64,000 bases of DNA from Massalongia carnosa (Eukaryota), in contig OZ287085.1 in assembly GCA_965645245.1 (NCBI GenBank), forward strand, positions 62,001 through 126,000. Direction: 5' to 3'. Below are positions 33,535 through 46,810 of the stretch, in pieces. How positions within the stretch are numbered: the first letter of the stretch is position 1; each line of letters begins with the position of its first letter. The notes under the pieces are model-generated. The model saw only the letters and a list, made by a program, of their open reading frames with translations. It ran no database searches and was not told the origin of the DNA. The position numbers and the translations under genes are program-made.

Positions 33535-36500
33535 TGTTGAGTTAAATAGGCAGGTAATAGTATGTGTGGGAAGGATTGATTATTCTATCTAGGTGGCTAT
33601 CTACTATGTTTATATAGCTAGATAGATGAGAGATGAATAAGATAGAGAGCAGGCACAGCGGCAGGGCAGGTTTGCCTTGAATCTCCCTGCCGTACCACCT
33701 CATTACCAAGCCGTGTGCGGATCACTTGAGACGTTATTCCCAAGCCGTTATGTTGCCGTCTGGCACGGCACATAGGATGGCTGTCTCATCTAACACTCCC
33801 ATTCAGCCATTCAGTGAGGCTATTTGGAGCTTTTTATTAGTGATTTGCCCCATACCCATCATGTTTACGAAAGAGTTGAAAGTCTTAGAGGGCAGTGGCT
33901 TAGTCAGCCCATCTGCTACCATTTCGTTAGTACGGATATACTCTATTTTGACCTTTCCCTCTTTGACTACGTCTCTTATCCAGTGCCACTTTATTTCGAT
34001 ATGTTTGGTTCTTCGGTGGAATTCAGGATTTTCGGTGAGAGCTATAGCACCTTGGTTATCTCCTCGCAGTAGAATTGGTAAATTGGCCTCCCGAAATCCC
34101 AGTTCGTTGAGAAAACGAGAGCACCATAGAGCTTCCTTGGTAGCCTCCGTTAATGCCATGTATTCTGCTTCGCAAGATGATAGCGCCACCGTAGGTTGTA
34201 GTTTTGATGAATGAGATATCGGAGCACCTGATAACATGAAAACATACCCACCGGTAGATCTTCTCCCATCCTTTAGGCCAGCGAAGTCCGAGTCAGAATA
34301 GCCGGTTATATCCTCGTCAGAATCTCTCTGGAAAATCAGACCTCTTGTTAGGGTGCCCGAAATATATCGTAGCACTCTCTGTAGGTGGTTGCAGTGATCA
34401 GCACCTGAATTGGAGCAATATCTGCTTAGAACTCCCATTGTATAGGCTATATCAGGCCTTGTATGCATGGCGGGCCACATGAGAGACCCTACCAGAGACT
34501 GATACCATGATATAGTCTCTTTATCAGCCTGGTCTTCGGATGGCATGAGAATTTTTCCGATTCCAGGCTCCATGGGGGTTGAAATAGGCTTGCAATTAGC
34601 CATGTTAAACCGTTCGAGGATTTTCTTTAGATAAGTTGTTTGGCGGAGTGCGATAGTAGACCTATCTTTGCTAATGTCTACCTCGATGCCTAAATAGTGC
34701 GATACTTCTCCCAGATCCGTCATCTGGAATCGCGACTTCAATTCAGCTTGGAGTTGCTGCAGTTTCAAAGTGTCTTTGCCCATGATGAGAAGATCATCCA
34801 CATAGATGGCAATAAACATGTCTTTGGAAACAAACACTCCATGATCTGATTCGGTGTGTTTGAACCCTATCTTCTAGAGAAAATCCAATAGGGTTTGATA
34901 CCAAACACGAGGAGATTGCTTTAGCCCATATAGAGCCTTTCGCAACAAGCAGACCTTCTGCTCTCCCCCTGCTACTTCGAACAGGGTTGGTTGGATGATA
35001 TATATCTCTTCATCGAGATATCCGTATAGGAAGGCAGTCACAACATCCATGTGTCGAATGGAGAGACCCCTTTTAGCACTGATTCCTATCAGTGTCTTAT
35101 AGGAGATAGGTTTTACCACGGTGGCAAAGGTGTCTAGGTAATCTAGGCCTTCTTTTTGCTTATATCCATGGACTACCCATCTTGCTTTATACTTCAATAT
35201 ATCTCCATTTCTATCCTTTTTCAGCTTGAAAACCCACCGTCCTGTGATAGTTTTCCGATCCGTTGGAGCATCGGTTAAAGTCCAAGTTTCGTTATCCATC
35301 AATGATTGGTACTCAGCTTCCATAGCTTTTCTCCATTCATCCCAGTGGGGGGAGGCCATAGCCTCTCTCAATGTTGCAGGTTCATCCTGCCCAGCAGTCT
35401 CCGATCCTCTGGCTAGTAGAGCTAGAACTCTTACCATATGCTCGTGGGATTTAGGGGTCTGGGTGCTGGTAAATGTGGTAACTTTGTTTACCAAATGGCC
35501 GTCGTTGGCCACTTTTGGCAGCGATTTCTTCGATATATCGTACTGAATAGTGTCTGCTGCAGGTTTGGAAGGATTTCGTAACCTTCCGGATCTCCTTGGT
35601 ACGGGAATTGAAGGCTGATCTAGGTCAGATTCTTCAGATTCCTGGTCTCGATGATTGGTATCATCATTGGCTACCTCCGGAGCTGTTTCTCCCATTGGAT
35701 AAGACTCATTGTGAGGTGTTGTTAGCGATAATCGTTGTTGGCTGTTCAATGAACTAAGGGAATTTAATGCCGGATACAGCGGAGTGCTATTTTTATGTTT
35801 CAGATCTTCAAAGTCATCTGGATCTTGAAAACAAGCATCATCATCTTCATCCCATGCTACATCAGCTAGGTCCCAGTCCTTCGTCTCTTTGGAATCATAG
35901 GTGTTCAGCTCATCTACTTGTATATCACGAGAGATGTGGACTTTTCCGGTGCGAGGGTCGTAGATTCGAAACTGATTCGTTCCATCGTATCCAACAAAGA
36001 TCCCTTGCCAAGATCGATCATCCAATTTGGTCCTTTTTTCCTTGGGAATATGCACCCACGTCCTCGAACCTATGATCCTTAAGTGGCTTATGGTAGGCTT
36101 CTTCTTATTGAGGCGCTCATATAGTGTGATTTCATCGACGCCGGGACATCGATTCTTGATGTAGGCAGAGGTTTTGATTACCTCGCCCCAGAGTGATTTT
36201 GGGAGCCTTTTGGCTTTGAGCCAGCTCCTCGTTGGTGCCATCAGGGTGGAATTTTGCTGTTCGGCTCTCCCATTTTGTTCGGGCACATATGGAGCTCTGG
36301 CCTCCCATTGAATTCCTTCTTCTTTAAAAAAGGTTAGTAGCTCTGTGTTTACATACTCTCCCCCTCCATCTCCTCTGACGTGTTGGATCTTCTGGCCAGA
36401 TTGCTTCTCTATCCAGGCCTTCAACTGTTTGAACTTGTCAAATGTTTGGTCTTTGGTCTTCAACAGAAATACCCATACGACGCCCGTTGCGTCATCCTTT

Positions 36501-38612
36501 AGGGTCATGAAATATCTCTCACCGTACCTGGTTGGTGTGTAAGGGCCTCCAAGATCTGTATGAATGATTCCCAGGAATTCTGGAGCTCGAGATCTTGGGC
36601 TCCTGTTTACCAGCCTTTGTTACCTTCCAACCATGCAATCTCCGCAGATTTCTTCCGGAACGGGACCGATGATTGAGGCTCCTGTGGCCAGTTGGTTGAG
36701 CTTCAAAAGGTTGTAATAACCAAGATGCCCCATACGGGCATGCCAGGTTTGGATGGAGATATTCTTGGTTGTTGCGAGAGCGCGAGAGTTGGGTGTGGTT
36801 TGGATAACATACTGGTTATCGATCAGTTTGGCGTGGCCAATTACCTCCTCTTCGTAATAGATTTTGGAGAGTTCCCCCGCCTTTCGAAGGAAGATTTCCA
36901 CTCCCTTTTGTGCTAGCCTAGCAGTGCTGATGAGATTGAAGTTCAGGTTAGGAGTGTACAGAACGTCTGTTAGAACAAACTCTCGAACACCTCCTGTTTC
37001 GTTCTTTAAGAATAAAGACAAAGATCCTCTTCCTTCTGTTTTCAGCACCTCTCCGGACCCTGTTTCCAGTTTATTTGGCATAATGCGATAGGATCCGGGA
37101 TCGAAAAGGTCTTTGTTGCAAAGAGCATGGTCAGTAGCACCAGAATCTATCAATAAATCTACTGGTTTAGAGATGGGGATGGAGCGGCTGATGGTGCAGA
37201 GAAATTTCCTTGTCGGGAAAGTCTTGTTAATATTGGTTTCGGGGTGCTTGATATTAGAGCCATCCTCTTCAGCGGTGTCAGGGAAGACAAAGGAGTCTGT
37301 TGAAGGAGGAGAATGAGTGGTGAGTACGCAGAAGATTTTCTTCCTTTCGACATCCGAGTCATCGTCTTTCTCCTTTCCCCTTTTGCTATTGCAAGCTCTT
37401 TCAATATGCCCTATTTTTCCACATCCGGTGCACTTCGTTTTGATGAATTTGCACGTATCGGAATGTTTGTTTCCACACCGATGACACTTATCTTTATCAT
37501 CTAATTTTGTATCGGTGACCTTACCTTTTCCTTTCTTCTTTACGAAGTTGGCAGTAGCTTCGGTGGTAGTCTTCGTCCGAGATTCTTCATCTGCCAGGTT
37601 TTTAAGAAGGCTGCTTTTGTCAGGGAGCTCCTTGTCCCGGCGAGCATGTTCGTTGATGATGGTGAGATAGGTGGAGAAGCTGGATCCGAGTCCGTTCAAC
37701 ATTTTGAGAACGATCATCTGTTTGATGGTGAGGGCACTATCTATCATCTCGGCCTCGATCTCCTCTATCAGGGCACCATATTCTTCGATGGACTTGCACT
37801 TCTCATAGTGAATCTCATCTAACCTGTTGAAAGTAGCCCACTTCGAGCTCCAATTCTGTAGGGTGTAACGTGCCGCCAGATGTTTCCAGAGCTTTTGGGG
37901 GACTATGATGGTTATATTTCCCAAAATAGAGAGGAATTCAGACTGCACATCCTTGGAGCACATTCTCCCTATTTTGCCTACCACTCTTTGTTCTTGCTCC
38001 TTAAACTCCATCAAATCAAGGCTGTTCTGCCTGATTTCCCGAATGCGGACGTCGTCATCTTTGTCCGTTGGTATCATTATCTCTGGCTTGATCCTATCTC
38101 CCGTTATATATCCCAGCAGCTCGGCTTCGCTGAGGGCGAACGACATATCGCGAGCCCATTGCTTATAGTTGGTGCTGCCGTTAAGCTTGGGGAAAGTGTA
38201 GGGGAGGTCTTCCTTTGCCATCTTGGAGCAAGGGGAGAAAAGCGAATGGAGAGAGAATTGGAATGGAAGTTTTGATATAAAGGAGGAGAGATAGGGAATC
38301 AATCGATACTATTTTAAAAGGGTGCAGTTAAGTGCAGCCGGGCTCAGAACCTGTTGAGTTAAATAGGCGGGTAATAGTATGTGTGGGAAGGATTGATTAT
38401 TCTATCTAGGTGGCTATCTACTATGTTTATATAGCTAGATAGATGAGAGATGAATAAGATAGAGAGCAGGCACAGCGGCAGGGCAGGTTTGCCTTGAATC
38501 TCCCTGCCGTACCACCTCATTACCTAGCCGTGTGCGGATCACTTGAGACGTTATTCCCAAGCCGTTATGTTGCCGTCTGGCACGGCACATAGGATGGCTG
38601 TCTCATCTAACA
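33535..38612 (-). mobile_element. Ty1/Copia LTR retrotransposon
   Basis: 261-bp LTRs 33535-33795 and 38352-38612 (2 differences seen). ACGC on both flanks; PBS GGTTCTGAGCCC; PPT GAATGGGGAG. Confidence 0.96.
33803..38221 (-). pseudogene. Copia gag-PR-IN-RT-RH polyprotein with two in-frame stops
   Basis: CTGCGKIGH, IDSGATDH, WHARMGH, RGDGGGEY, MDVVTAFL, YVDD and YSDSDFA motifs. Stops at 36620-36622 and 34874-34876. Confidence 0.93.
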
Positions 38613-41387
38613 ACGCAAGCACATCTTCTATCTAGTTGTTCCATGCGCTCATCTTGCTCTTTCGTTTCCACCAGATGTTCTTTTGATTGGGCTGGAGAGA
38701 GTAGTAAAGCAATTGATGTGAATTGTAGAGTGTTTGGGATAGAGAAGGTTAGAACAGAAAAAGGAAGTAGTTTAATAGGCTAGATGGTGAAAGAAAGCTT
38801 TTACTTCTTCACATACGATAAGGAAATTCGTCAAGGAAAGGAACGACTAAGGTCAGCTACACACTCTCTTCCTCTCAATGGGGCTATCCTAGGCTGGAAG
38901 CTGGCGGTACTACTACTGCCAGTGGCCATCCTTCAGGAATAGCAAGCTGTCTAGGATCTGCAACGTCTTCCTCTGCAGTGTGTTCAGGGGCTGCGACTGA
39001 AGCAAGGTTTTGTCTCGGATGAAACTCTTTCAGGCGGTTCCCAGCAAAGGTATTAGCTAGCACTGTGCCATCTAACTCCTCCAAAAGGTAAGTGCCTTTA
39101 TCAGGGATGACCTCGTGTATTCTATAAGGACCCAGCCATCTTTATGCTAATTTGATCGCGGTAGACATGATCGCATCTCTTTTTGTATCGTGAAGCAGGA
39201 CTAGATCCCCCTTTTCTAACTCTTTTGTCCTGATGCGGTGAGAATCATCAAAATCTTCCTTACCCTCCATTCTCATGCGCTGCAAATGGTAAGTAGCTTC
39301 CTCAAGGTCCTCATCACGTCTTTGGATCTGTCGAGCTCTCATAACTAATAGCTCAGCTGTAGTGTGTACTTCGTTCCAGGAAAGAATGCGCCAGGTAGGA
39401 AACTCCAGCTCGATGGGTAAAACAGGTTCGCTACCACACATAACATAATAAGGAGAAAGCCCGGTTTTACTGTGGAACGATCGGCCCAAAGCACAGCAGG
39501 TAAGTTTTCCATCCAGTTTCCTAGTCCTCCATTGGTCATTTTGGACAATGCATCTACTATGGGTTTGTGGCCTCTTTCAATCATACCATTGGCCTGATGG
39601 TGATATGCTGAAACCTGTACTCTTTTAATTCCGTAACGCTCAGCAAGTTCCTCTACTAGATCCTTGTTCTCAGGTCCGCCGTCCACTATCAAACGGCCAA
39701 AACATCCATAGCGACAAATAACATCTTCCCATAGAAACTTGGCAACCGAAAGAGAGTTTGCATTCCCTGTAGCTCTGGCTTCTATCCAACCGGAAAGATC
39801 ATCTCTAGCAGCCACTAGAAAACTTCTTACCCTCTTTTGGAGGCATATACACAACATCTAGTCCAACCTTGGCCCAGCAAAGACTGATCCAGGTAGGATA
39901 TAAAGCCTCTTCCTGACGGTTATGATCTCTCATTTGACATTTATCACAACTTCACACGTAGGCCTTGACATGCGCATGTAGGTCCTCCCACCAATAGCGG
40001 TCAGCGATGCGACGATAGGTTCCCTCTCTGCCTTTGTGGCCGCTCTCATCATGTAACTGTTCTATGATCTCTTGTCGCTCTTTGTCATCATCCACCACTC
40101 TTCGCATAGGAACATTTTTGTTGTTACGGCGAAACAAATGTCTTTCTCTCACACAATATCTTATTGCTTCTTTCTTGAACTTCTGAAACTCCTTTCTTCC
40201 CATCTCTGGTGGACGTCGTAAACTGGTAAGATAAGTGGCAATCTGCCGGGACTTTTCTGAGTAACCCGCTTCTAAAGGTTCGTCGTCAGCAAGAGAAATA
40301 GGAGCAATCCTCAAGGAACCAAGCTCCATGTCAATAAAGTCCTCTATGTCTTGTTCATTCTCCCTTTCTCGAATGTCTTCTTCAGTGACTGGTTTTCGAG
40401 ACAGTCCATCAGCTGCAGTATGTTTCTTACCCGCAACATGCTTAACATCGAAATCAAAGAGTTGAATCCAGGCTATCCAACGTGTGATCAAAGCACCCGG
40501 CAGATCAGTCCCTCCGCGATTTAGCTGTGACACCAGAACAGACGCATCGGTTTCCAACAGAAAACGCACTCCATATAGGTAATTACGAACTTTCTTGAGG
40601 GCTTTTAGTACTCCTCTGCACTCTCTCTTTGCTGCATCGTAAGATTTCTCCGCATCAGACCAAATGCCACTTTTGTATCGCGAAGGATGCCTTTTTCCAT
40701 TCTTTTCCTGCATAAGTACGGCTCCCCATCCATTTCCACTCGAATCCACACCCAAGATAATAAGCCCAGCCCCTTCTGAATAATCAAGCGAACATAAGGC
40801 CGGAGCGGTAGTCAGAGCAAGTTTCAAAGTATCCATGGCTTCTTGTTGCTCAATTCCCCAAACGAAAAGAACTTTCTTTATGAATAGTCGGTAGATAGGT
40901 TCAACGACAATTGCGAACTCAAAGACCCAAATCCGATATTACACACAAACACCAACAAACGCGCGTGCCTCGGTAACCTTTTGGCAAGTAGGCCAGTCAA
41001 CTATTTTGATGATTTTAGCAGTATCTGGATGTCGACCCTCGTAGTCGCAAATATATCCCACAATTCGGATTCCTGGAATGGCAAATTGGGACTTGGCCCC
41101 GGAGATAGTCACTCCAGCTCTTTCAAAGTCGGCCAGGACCTCGTCCAGCGATTGGAGGTGCTCTTTTATATAACGACGAATGCCGGGAGCAACCAACTCA
41201 TTGTTATACTTGGTTTTTGGCCCTTTGACGCCCACATCGTCAACAAACGGTTCGGCATTGTGAGGAATTTGAGCCTCCAGAATCTTGTAGTTAATTCGTA
41301 CAAATTGGCCCACAGAGTTGGTAGCTCCCATCGGTATTCGAGTCATGCGCATAAGCCCTAAAGCGGTTTGAAAGGCAGTATAGTCCC

Positions 41388-41803
41388 CACGCGGGTGAAA
41401 AAAAAAGATGCAACGTGGGCCGAGGTTAACCCCAGACCACCCCACCGAAATCTTCTAAATAATCAAACAAAATCCCATCTTTTCAAACTTGATGCTACAT
41501 TATGATACTCCTCTGAAGGCTAAATTGCAAGGCGCGCATTAATATCTTTCTTCTAAAGGTATTCCACACGACGTCCGCGATATTTTCAAAGAATTTGATG
41601 TTAGATCTGAAAGAGCAGAATATAAAGGGTCAGAAATATATGACACTCGAGGTCGCAAATCAAGCTGTGATTGACAGTCACGGTGCAATAACTGTGTAAT
41701 TAGTGATTTTTAGATGGAATTTAGGGGGAATTGGAAGGGTTTTTGGTGGGGTGATCATGGGGTAACCTCGGCCCACGTTGCATCTTTTTTTTTCAATCGC
41801 GTG
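41388..41803. mobile_element. Non-autonomous TIR DNA element inserted in Gypsy-2 RT
   Basis: ~55-bp TIRs (CACGCG..GAAAAAAAAAGATGCAACGTGGGCCGAGGTTA). GTCCC duplicated on both sides, and removal restores ESRD-YTAF. Internal remnant HYDTPLKAKLQG. Confidence 0.9.
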
Positions 41804-44800
41804 GTCCCTACTCTCGACCGCCAACATAATCTGATCATAACCGGAAAACCAGTCCACCAACGAAGCCACTGCACATCCTGCAAAGTTCTCCGCGAAATCA
41901 TCCGCATTGGGAGGCAAATTGGCATCTCGCAAGGTGACTAGGTTCATCTCCGTGCATGCATTGATAAGCCTATACTTTCCTTTCTCCTTTTTCCCAACCA
42001 CATACCAGGGATTACGATAATGGCCATGGGATGGTTCAATGGATCCAATCGCAAGCCGCTCCTTCAACATTTTCATGGCTGTCCCTTGCAGAGCTTTGGG
42101 AATAGCAAAGCCAGGATGCTGCCAGGGTTTATGCTCGATGGTGCGAATTTTTTGAGGAGGTGAGACCTAAGGAAGAACCATTCCCATTTCCGAAAAGTCC
42201 CACGCTAATGCTGCTTCCCTGTTATATAGAAGTTCGGTCAAATGGTCTCTTTCTTCGACGGTCAGACATTCTCCCACATTAATCTTCTGTAGTCTTTCCG
42301 GAGTCATACGCGCTCCTCTCGCAATGCTGGAAAACTTGGGTATAAGCCATCCTGGGTATTTCTCAAAGAAGGGCTTAGGCATTGCCGCCTCTCTCGCAAG
42401 AGCTTTCTTTCTCCAATCAGGATTTCCTCCAGGGGAAGAACCATCAGACACACATCTCTCCACCTGTCGTATCTTGACACCTTTTCTTTTGTAAGCTCCG
42501 TCCACACGAACAAACTCCTTTATCTGTGCCCTTGCTTGCGAAATCGAAAAAAAATCAAACCTGTGAGACAACCGGAACTCCTGATCAATATCAAAACTAG
42601 GGCTAAACTCCCAACCTGGACTAGCGTCCTCGTCAGCCCTAAGCCTTCCGCTAAGAATAGAAGTGGTAACTGCTTCGGTGTCCTTTCTACCTCTTCTCGG
42701 GTCAGTCAAACTCAGCTCAGCAGACGAACCCCCGAACGCTCGCCTGCTTTCTAGTTTAAAGGAAAAATGTCGTCCTCTCCTCGGTTGCCTTCGTCTTGAT
42801 AATCTATAGCTCGAAAGACAACGGATTTGTGCCCAGTACAGTTCTTGATCACAGCAAAAGCTTCCTGAGGGCGATATTCGTACTGTAGCTCAGTCAAACA
42901 TAAGAAAGGCGAACCCAAAACAAGCTGATGATCGGCGGAGTCCACAACAAACACTTGCTGAAAGGTCCTGAGGCCACCTATGTTGACCTCTACTTCTTCG
43001 CATACTCCGTCAAAGTGCTTACGATGTCCTGTATGAGAAACTAAACCAATATAGGGAGAAGGTCTCCAACATAGTCCGGCTTGATACATAAGTTTAGAGG
43101 TCATAACATTTACCTCAGCGCCCGAATCCAGAAGTGCAACACATTTAAGAGAACCTTCTAGTCGTACCGGTGCTTTTGGGGTAGAGAGAGAGTAACAGGA
43201 CTTCGAAACTTGACCGCTACCCATAATGGTATCGTCCTGAACGCCAAGAGAGTTTACTCTAGCAATTGGAGTCTTCGCATACTTTATAGGCTTAGAGAAA
43301 AGCTCTCTAACTCGGGGAGATATAGTCCATAGCTCAGACAAGGCCAAGGTTATAGGTATCTCAGTCAGCTTTTTTATCAGAGTTTCATCGTCCAGGTCAG
43401 CCTTCATTAACTCAGGTAAACGGACCGCTTTAGGGGGTTTCTCTTTTTGCTCGCTCTTTTCAATCACCTTGGTTCCAGACGGAGTAGGATCTTCTTGTTC
43501 GGTCTTTTCTTTTTCTCCCACGAACGTCACATTTTTCATCTTGGGTACAACCTCCGGCACACCATTGGGGTAACTTACAAACTCTTCCGCCTCTTCCATA
43601 TCTGTATTTTCCTCTACAATTTTGGCGGTCACTGGTTGCCAATTGCCAAAACGGGTGCTCTTTGGAGTAGGTAATTTTTCTTCCTTCGCGGCCTTACGCT
43701 TCAAAATGCGTTTTGTAGGTTCATGAAACTTAGGGGAAGCTGGATGCTCTTTCTCGTTAACACGGGCGGCGTTCACTATAGCCTCCTTGCTACTATTCAC
43801 TCGGTGTTCCACCATGCAAAGACCAAAATCTTTTTCGTCCCAACTTTCTTCATCACTGGATATCTCATCGGGCTCAAGTTCCCAAACACGCACAGTGTTA
43901 GCCTCTACAGCAGCAGGAGGAGCGGAGTATCTAAGCTTTTCGGATTCAGCCACACACTGTTTCTGGGAACGATCCATTCTCATTTGTACCGGTCGTGCTC
44001 CTGGATTCGGTGGACCAACACAAATTCGTCCCTCAACATTCAAATGGATACGATTATTGCTGATGTCAGTTCTATAGTCAGAACACTGCCACCGACGATT
44101 ATGTTCAGTAGACCAACAATAGTTGCATCGGGAATTGTTTCCAGTCCCATAGTTATTCACAGCTTGGTTTGTCTGTGCTTGGGGAGGTATCAAGGAAGCG
44201 GGTACATTCTGGGTTTTTGACGACGACGGTCCTGGCATTGCATCAGGAGGATGAGAACTGTGCTGGTGTGGAGGAGGTTGATATGACCGATGTTGGTGCG
44301 GGACTGTTGATGGGAGTTGTATCATGTTGTTTTGTATGTTAGATGTCACCGCAGTCACAGTGGACAACATCATGTCCTTGACACCGTGAGTAATTTCCTC
44401 AATAGCATTATTGATAATCGTCTTGGTATCCAACGCCGGAGGAGCCACAGGCGGCTGCATAAGGGAAGAAGTAGGAGGGAACACTGCCTGCTTGCTAGCA
44501 GCCCGTCCATAATCCTCCACCAACGCACTGATATTCTTTTGTTGCCGACCGGCTCCCATTATCTCTTTTAAACGCTGACGCACGGTGGCTAGGGTCATCG
44601 TGTTCCGGACCAGGACATCGAGGTCCATAGGTTCCTCACTCTCCAGATCAATGTTGTATCTCATGAAAAGCTCTAGGCGCAAGTTCTCTGGTAATCCATG
44701 AATGAACCACGAACATTGTGTGTAGCTATCAAGTCTTTTCCCTTCGGGGAGTTGTTTGCATATAGCAACAAAACGACGGCAGTACAAGGGTATATCGTCC

Positions 44801-45563
44801 TCCTCAGTACGAGGACAGTTCTTTAAGGCTTCTAGGAAGAGTCAAGAATTAACTTGCTGCAATGTGTCTTGATGGCGATACTCAGTGCGCATAGCTTTAA
44901 CCAGGTCGTTCCAGTTACCCGCGTTATACTCTATCATAGACTTGACGTTCTGGCCAACTAGGTTCTCTCAGTACCATGGCAAACGGGGAATAATCTGATC
45001 CTCAGCGAGTCGATAATCTCGGCACATCAATAGGTAACGCTCCAAAAAATCGGTAACATTGGCTCCAATAAAGAAAGGGGTTCCTGGAGAACCAGGAGGA
45101 GGCAAGGTCAGAAAGAAACGAGGATCCATAGGTAACGGTCCAGGGACTGACGAAAAAGGTCCTATCACTGGCGGCTGGGGCAAGGTCTTGACAGGAGTAT
45201 CCTTTTCCGAATGAGCAGAAGCCTCAGGCGTGGAGTCTTCGGATTTATTTTCAAGAATCTCAGGACGTAGGCCAAAGGGATCACTACTAGACATGGTCAG
45301 CCGACTGCGAGAGTTGTCATGTATACTACCTGTTTGTTTTGTGAATGAATGCACAAGAATAGAAGGACTAGAAACACAAGGGGAAAACTTTGAAGGTCTT
45401 AATCTTTTAACAACCGAAGGACTAATTTTCTTCGACTTTTCTTTTCTTCTCACTCCAATTTTTTCTGTCCGGCTGTTTTCCTCGGTATGGTCGGAGAACT
45501 CAGATTTATAATACTCTCGGAGTAGGGGTTCTATGTCTCGGACCTTCAGAAGATATCTTTTAC

Positions 45564-45955
45564 CAAACGCACCAGCTTGCTGGGGGCTAGTGAAGTTGTT
45601 ACCGTGACGGACGGCACCAGGCGTGTAAGCGGGATAGGGCCGGACGCTAGCAGGGAGGTGAAAACTCTTCACCTCCTCCATCCCCCCATCTCTTCTCTCT
45701 TTCCTCATCAACACTCATCAAAAATCGTGTTTCGCTGTTTCTCCCACCCGCCCTCTCCTACACAGTCTGTCGCTTAGATAGATGGAGTATGTCTTGACCC
45801 CAGGGTTCGCATCTACAGCGTCCATGGACCCCGTAGCCTACCCATTGCGGCTCCGTACCCGGCGCGGACGGCGCACGAACGGTGTCATGCCACACCCTAG
45901 GGTCAGGACTTTGCCAAACACTAGAATAGCAATAAACACAAGGTGGCTGCGTTTC
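45564..45955 (+). mobile_element. Solo A-spacer-B remnant of a fourth Ngaro family
   Basis: Termini AAACGCA...TGCGTTT; CCTCATCA motif; C-rich spacer with 17 bp identical to the Ngaro-3 spacer; GGAGT-stem-GCCAAAC B structure. Confidence 0.8.
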
Positions 45956-46810
45956 ACTAAGCCATAGCAGCAACGAATCAGGGACCTGAAACGAAATAGT
46001 AGCCATTTCTCGTTAGCTCTAGATTCCGCTGTCGCATAAGTCGCTGTCGCCAGGAGTGAAGCAATCCAGATTAAGCCTTTCGCTAAAGTGACGATAATTC
46101 CAAATAAGGTAAAGTTCGACTTCTTCGCCCCACAGCAAATCTTTTGAAACTTTTGATTGGTCTTTTTCCGACTTTTTGACTTCCGTCAAGCCGTCGAGAC
46201 CAAGCTAACTCCACCTTTAAACAGGAAAAAGAAAAACTCTGTAAAATTTGGGCCAAGGTCTGTGTCCTACCCCCTTTTTTCTCACACAATATCTTTCGGG
46301 GTCAAACGGATTCCCACTTTCTTTCGCTCGAAAACATACTCGATAATTCCTCAGAACTCTTGCTTCTGCAGAACAACCTCAAAGGGTCATCGCACCGTGG
46401 TCGCCAATGAGAAGGGGTAGTCAGGGGTGGTGCGTAGCTAGATGACCTCGAGGTGACAGAGAAAGCAAACAGAAAACACAGGTGCTAACAACAAGAACTC
46501 TGGACACAACAAGCACCGAAACATGAACTCTGACTCTCCCAAACTCGATAGATTGTATATGTGACTATCTCTGTATGAAAAGCTGTCCGTCTGGACTCCT
46601 ATCTATAAAGAAATGCATGGTCCCCGGAAAACCCCCTGCCGCTCCGCCTCCTAGCACCCACCTTCCTTCTCCTGTTGACCCCACCACACTATCGTGGATA
46701 AGCCACCTAAACTTCTGAGCCAAAAGGCTACTATAGTATAGTCCCGTGCCAAAAGTTTGCGGCCCAACCCGTGATTTTCGCGATTTCGCGTTTTCAACTC
46801 ATCAACCTAC

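Larger units (their letters stand above)
38620..46688 (-). mobile_element. Ty3/Gypsy element 2, degenerate, 3' LTR missing
   Basis: Fragmented gag/PR/RT/RH/IN homologous to Gypsy-1. Identical 19-nt PBS at 46389-46407; putative 5' LTR 46408-~46688 (TG..CA). Confidence 0.88.

Noticed and set aside
45565..45636. 72-bp repeat as tRNA or hammerhead ribozyme
   Set aside because: No cloverleaf, T-loop or CUGANGA/GAAA core; explained as a Ngaro A-repeat end.
46739..46765. Possible Tc1 TIR relic TAGTCCCGTGCCAAAAGTTTGC
   Set aside because: No partner TIR found in the window.
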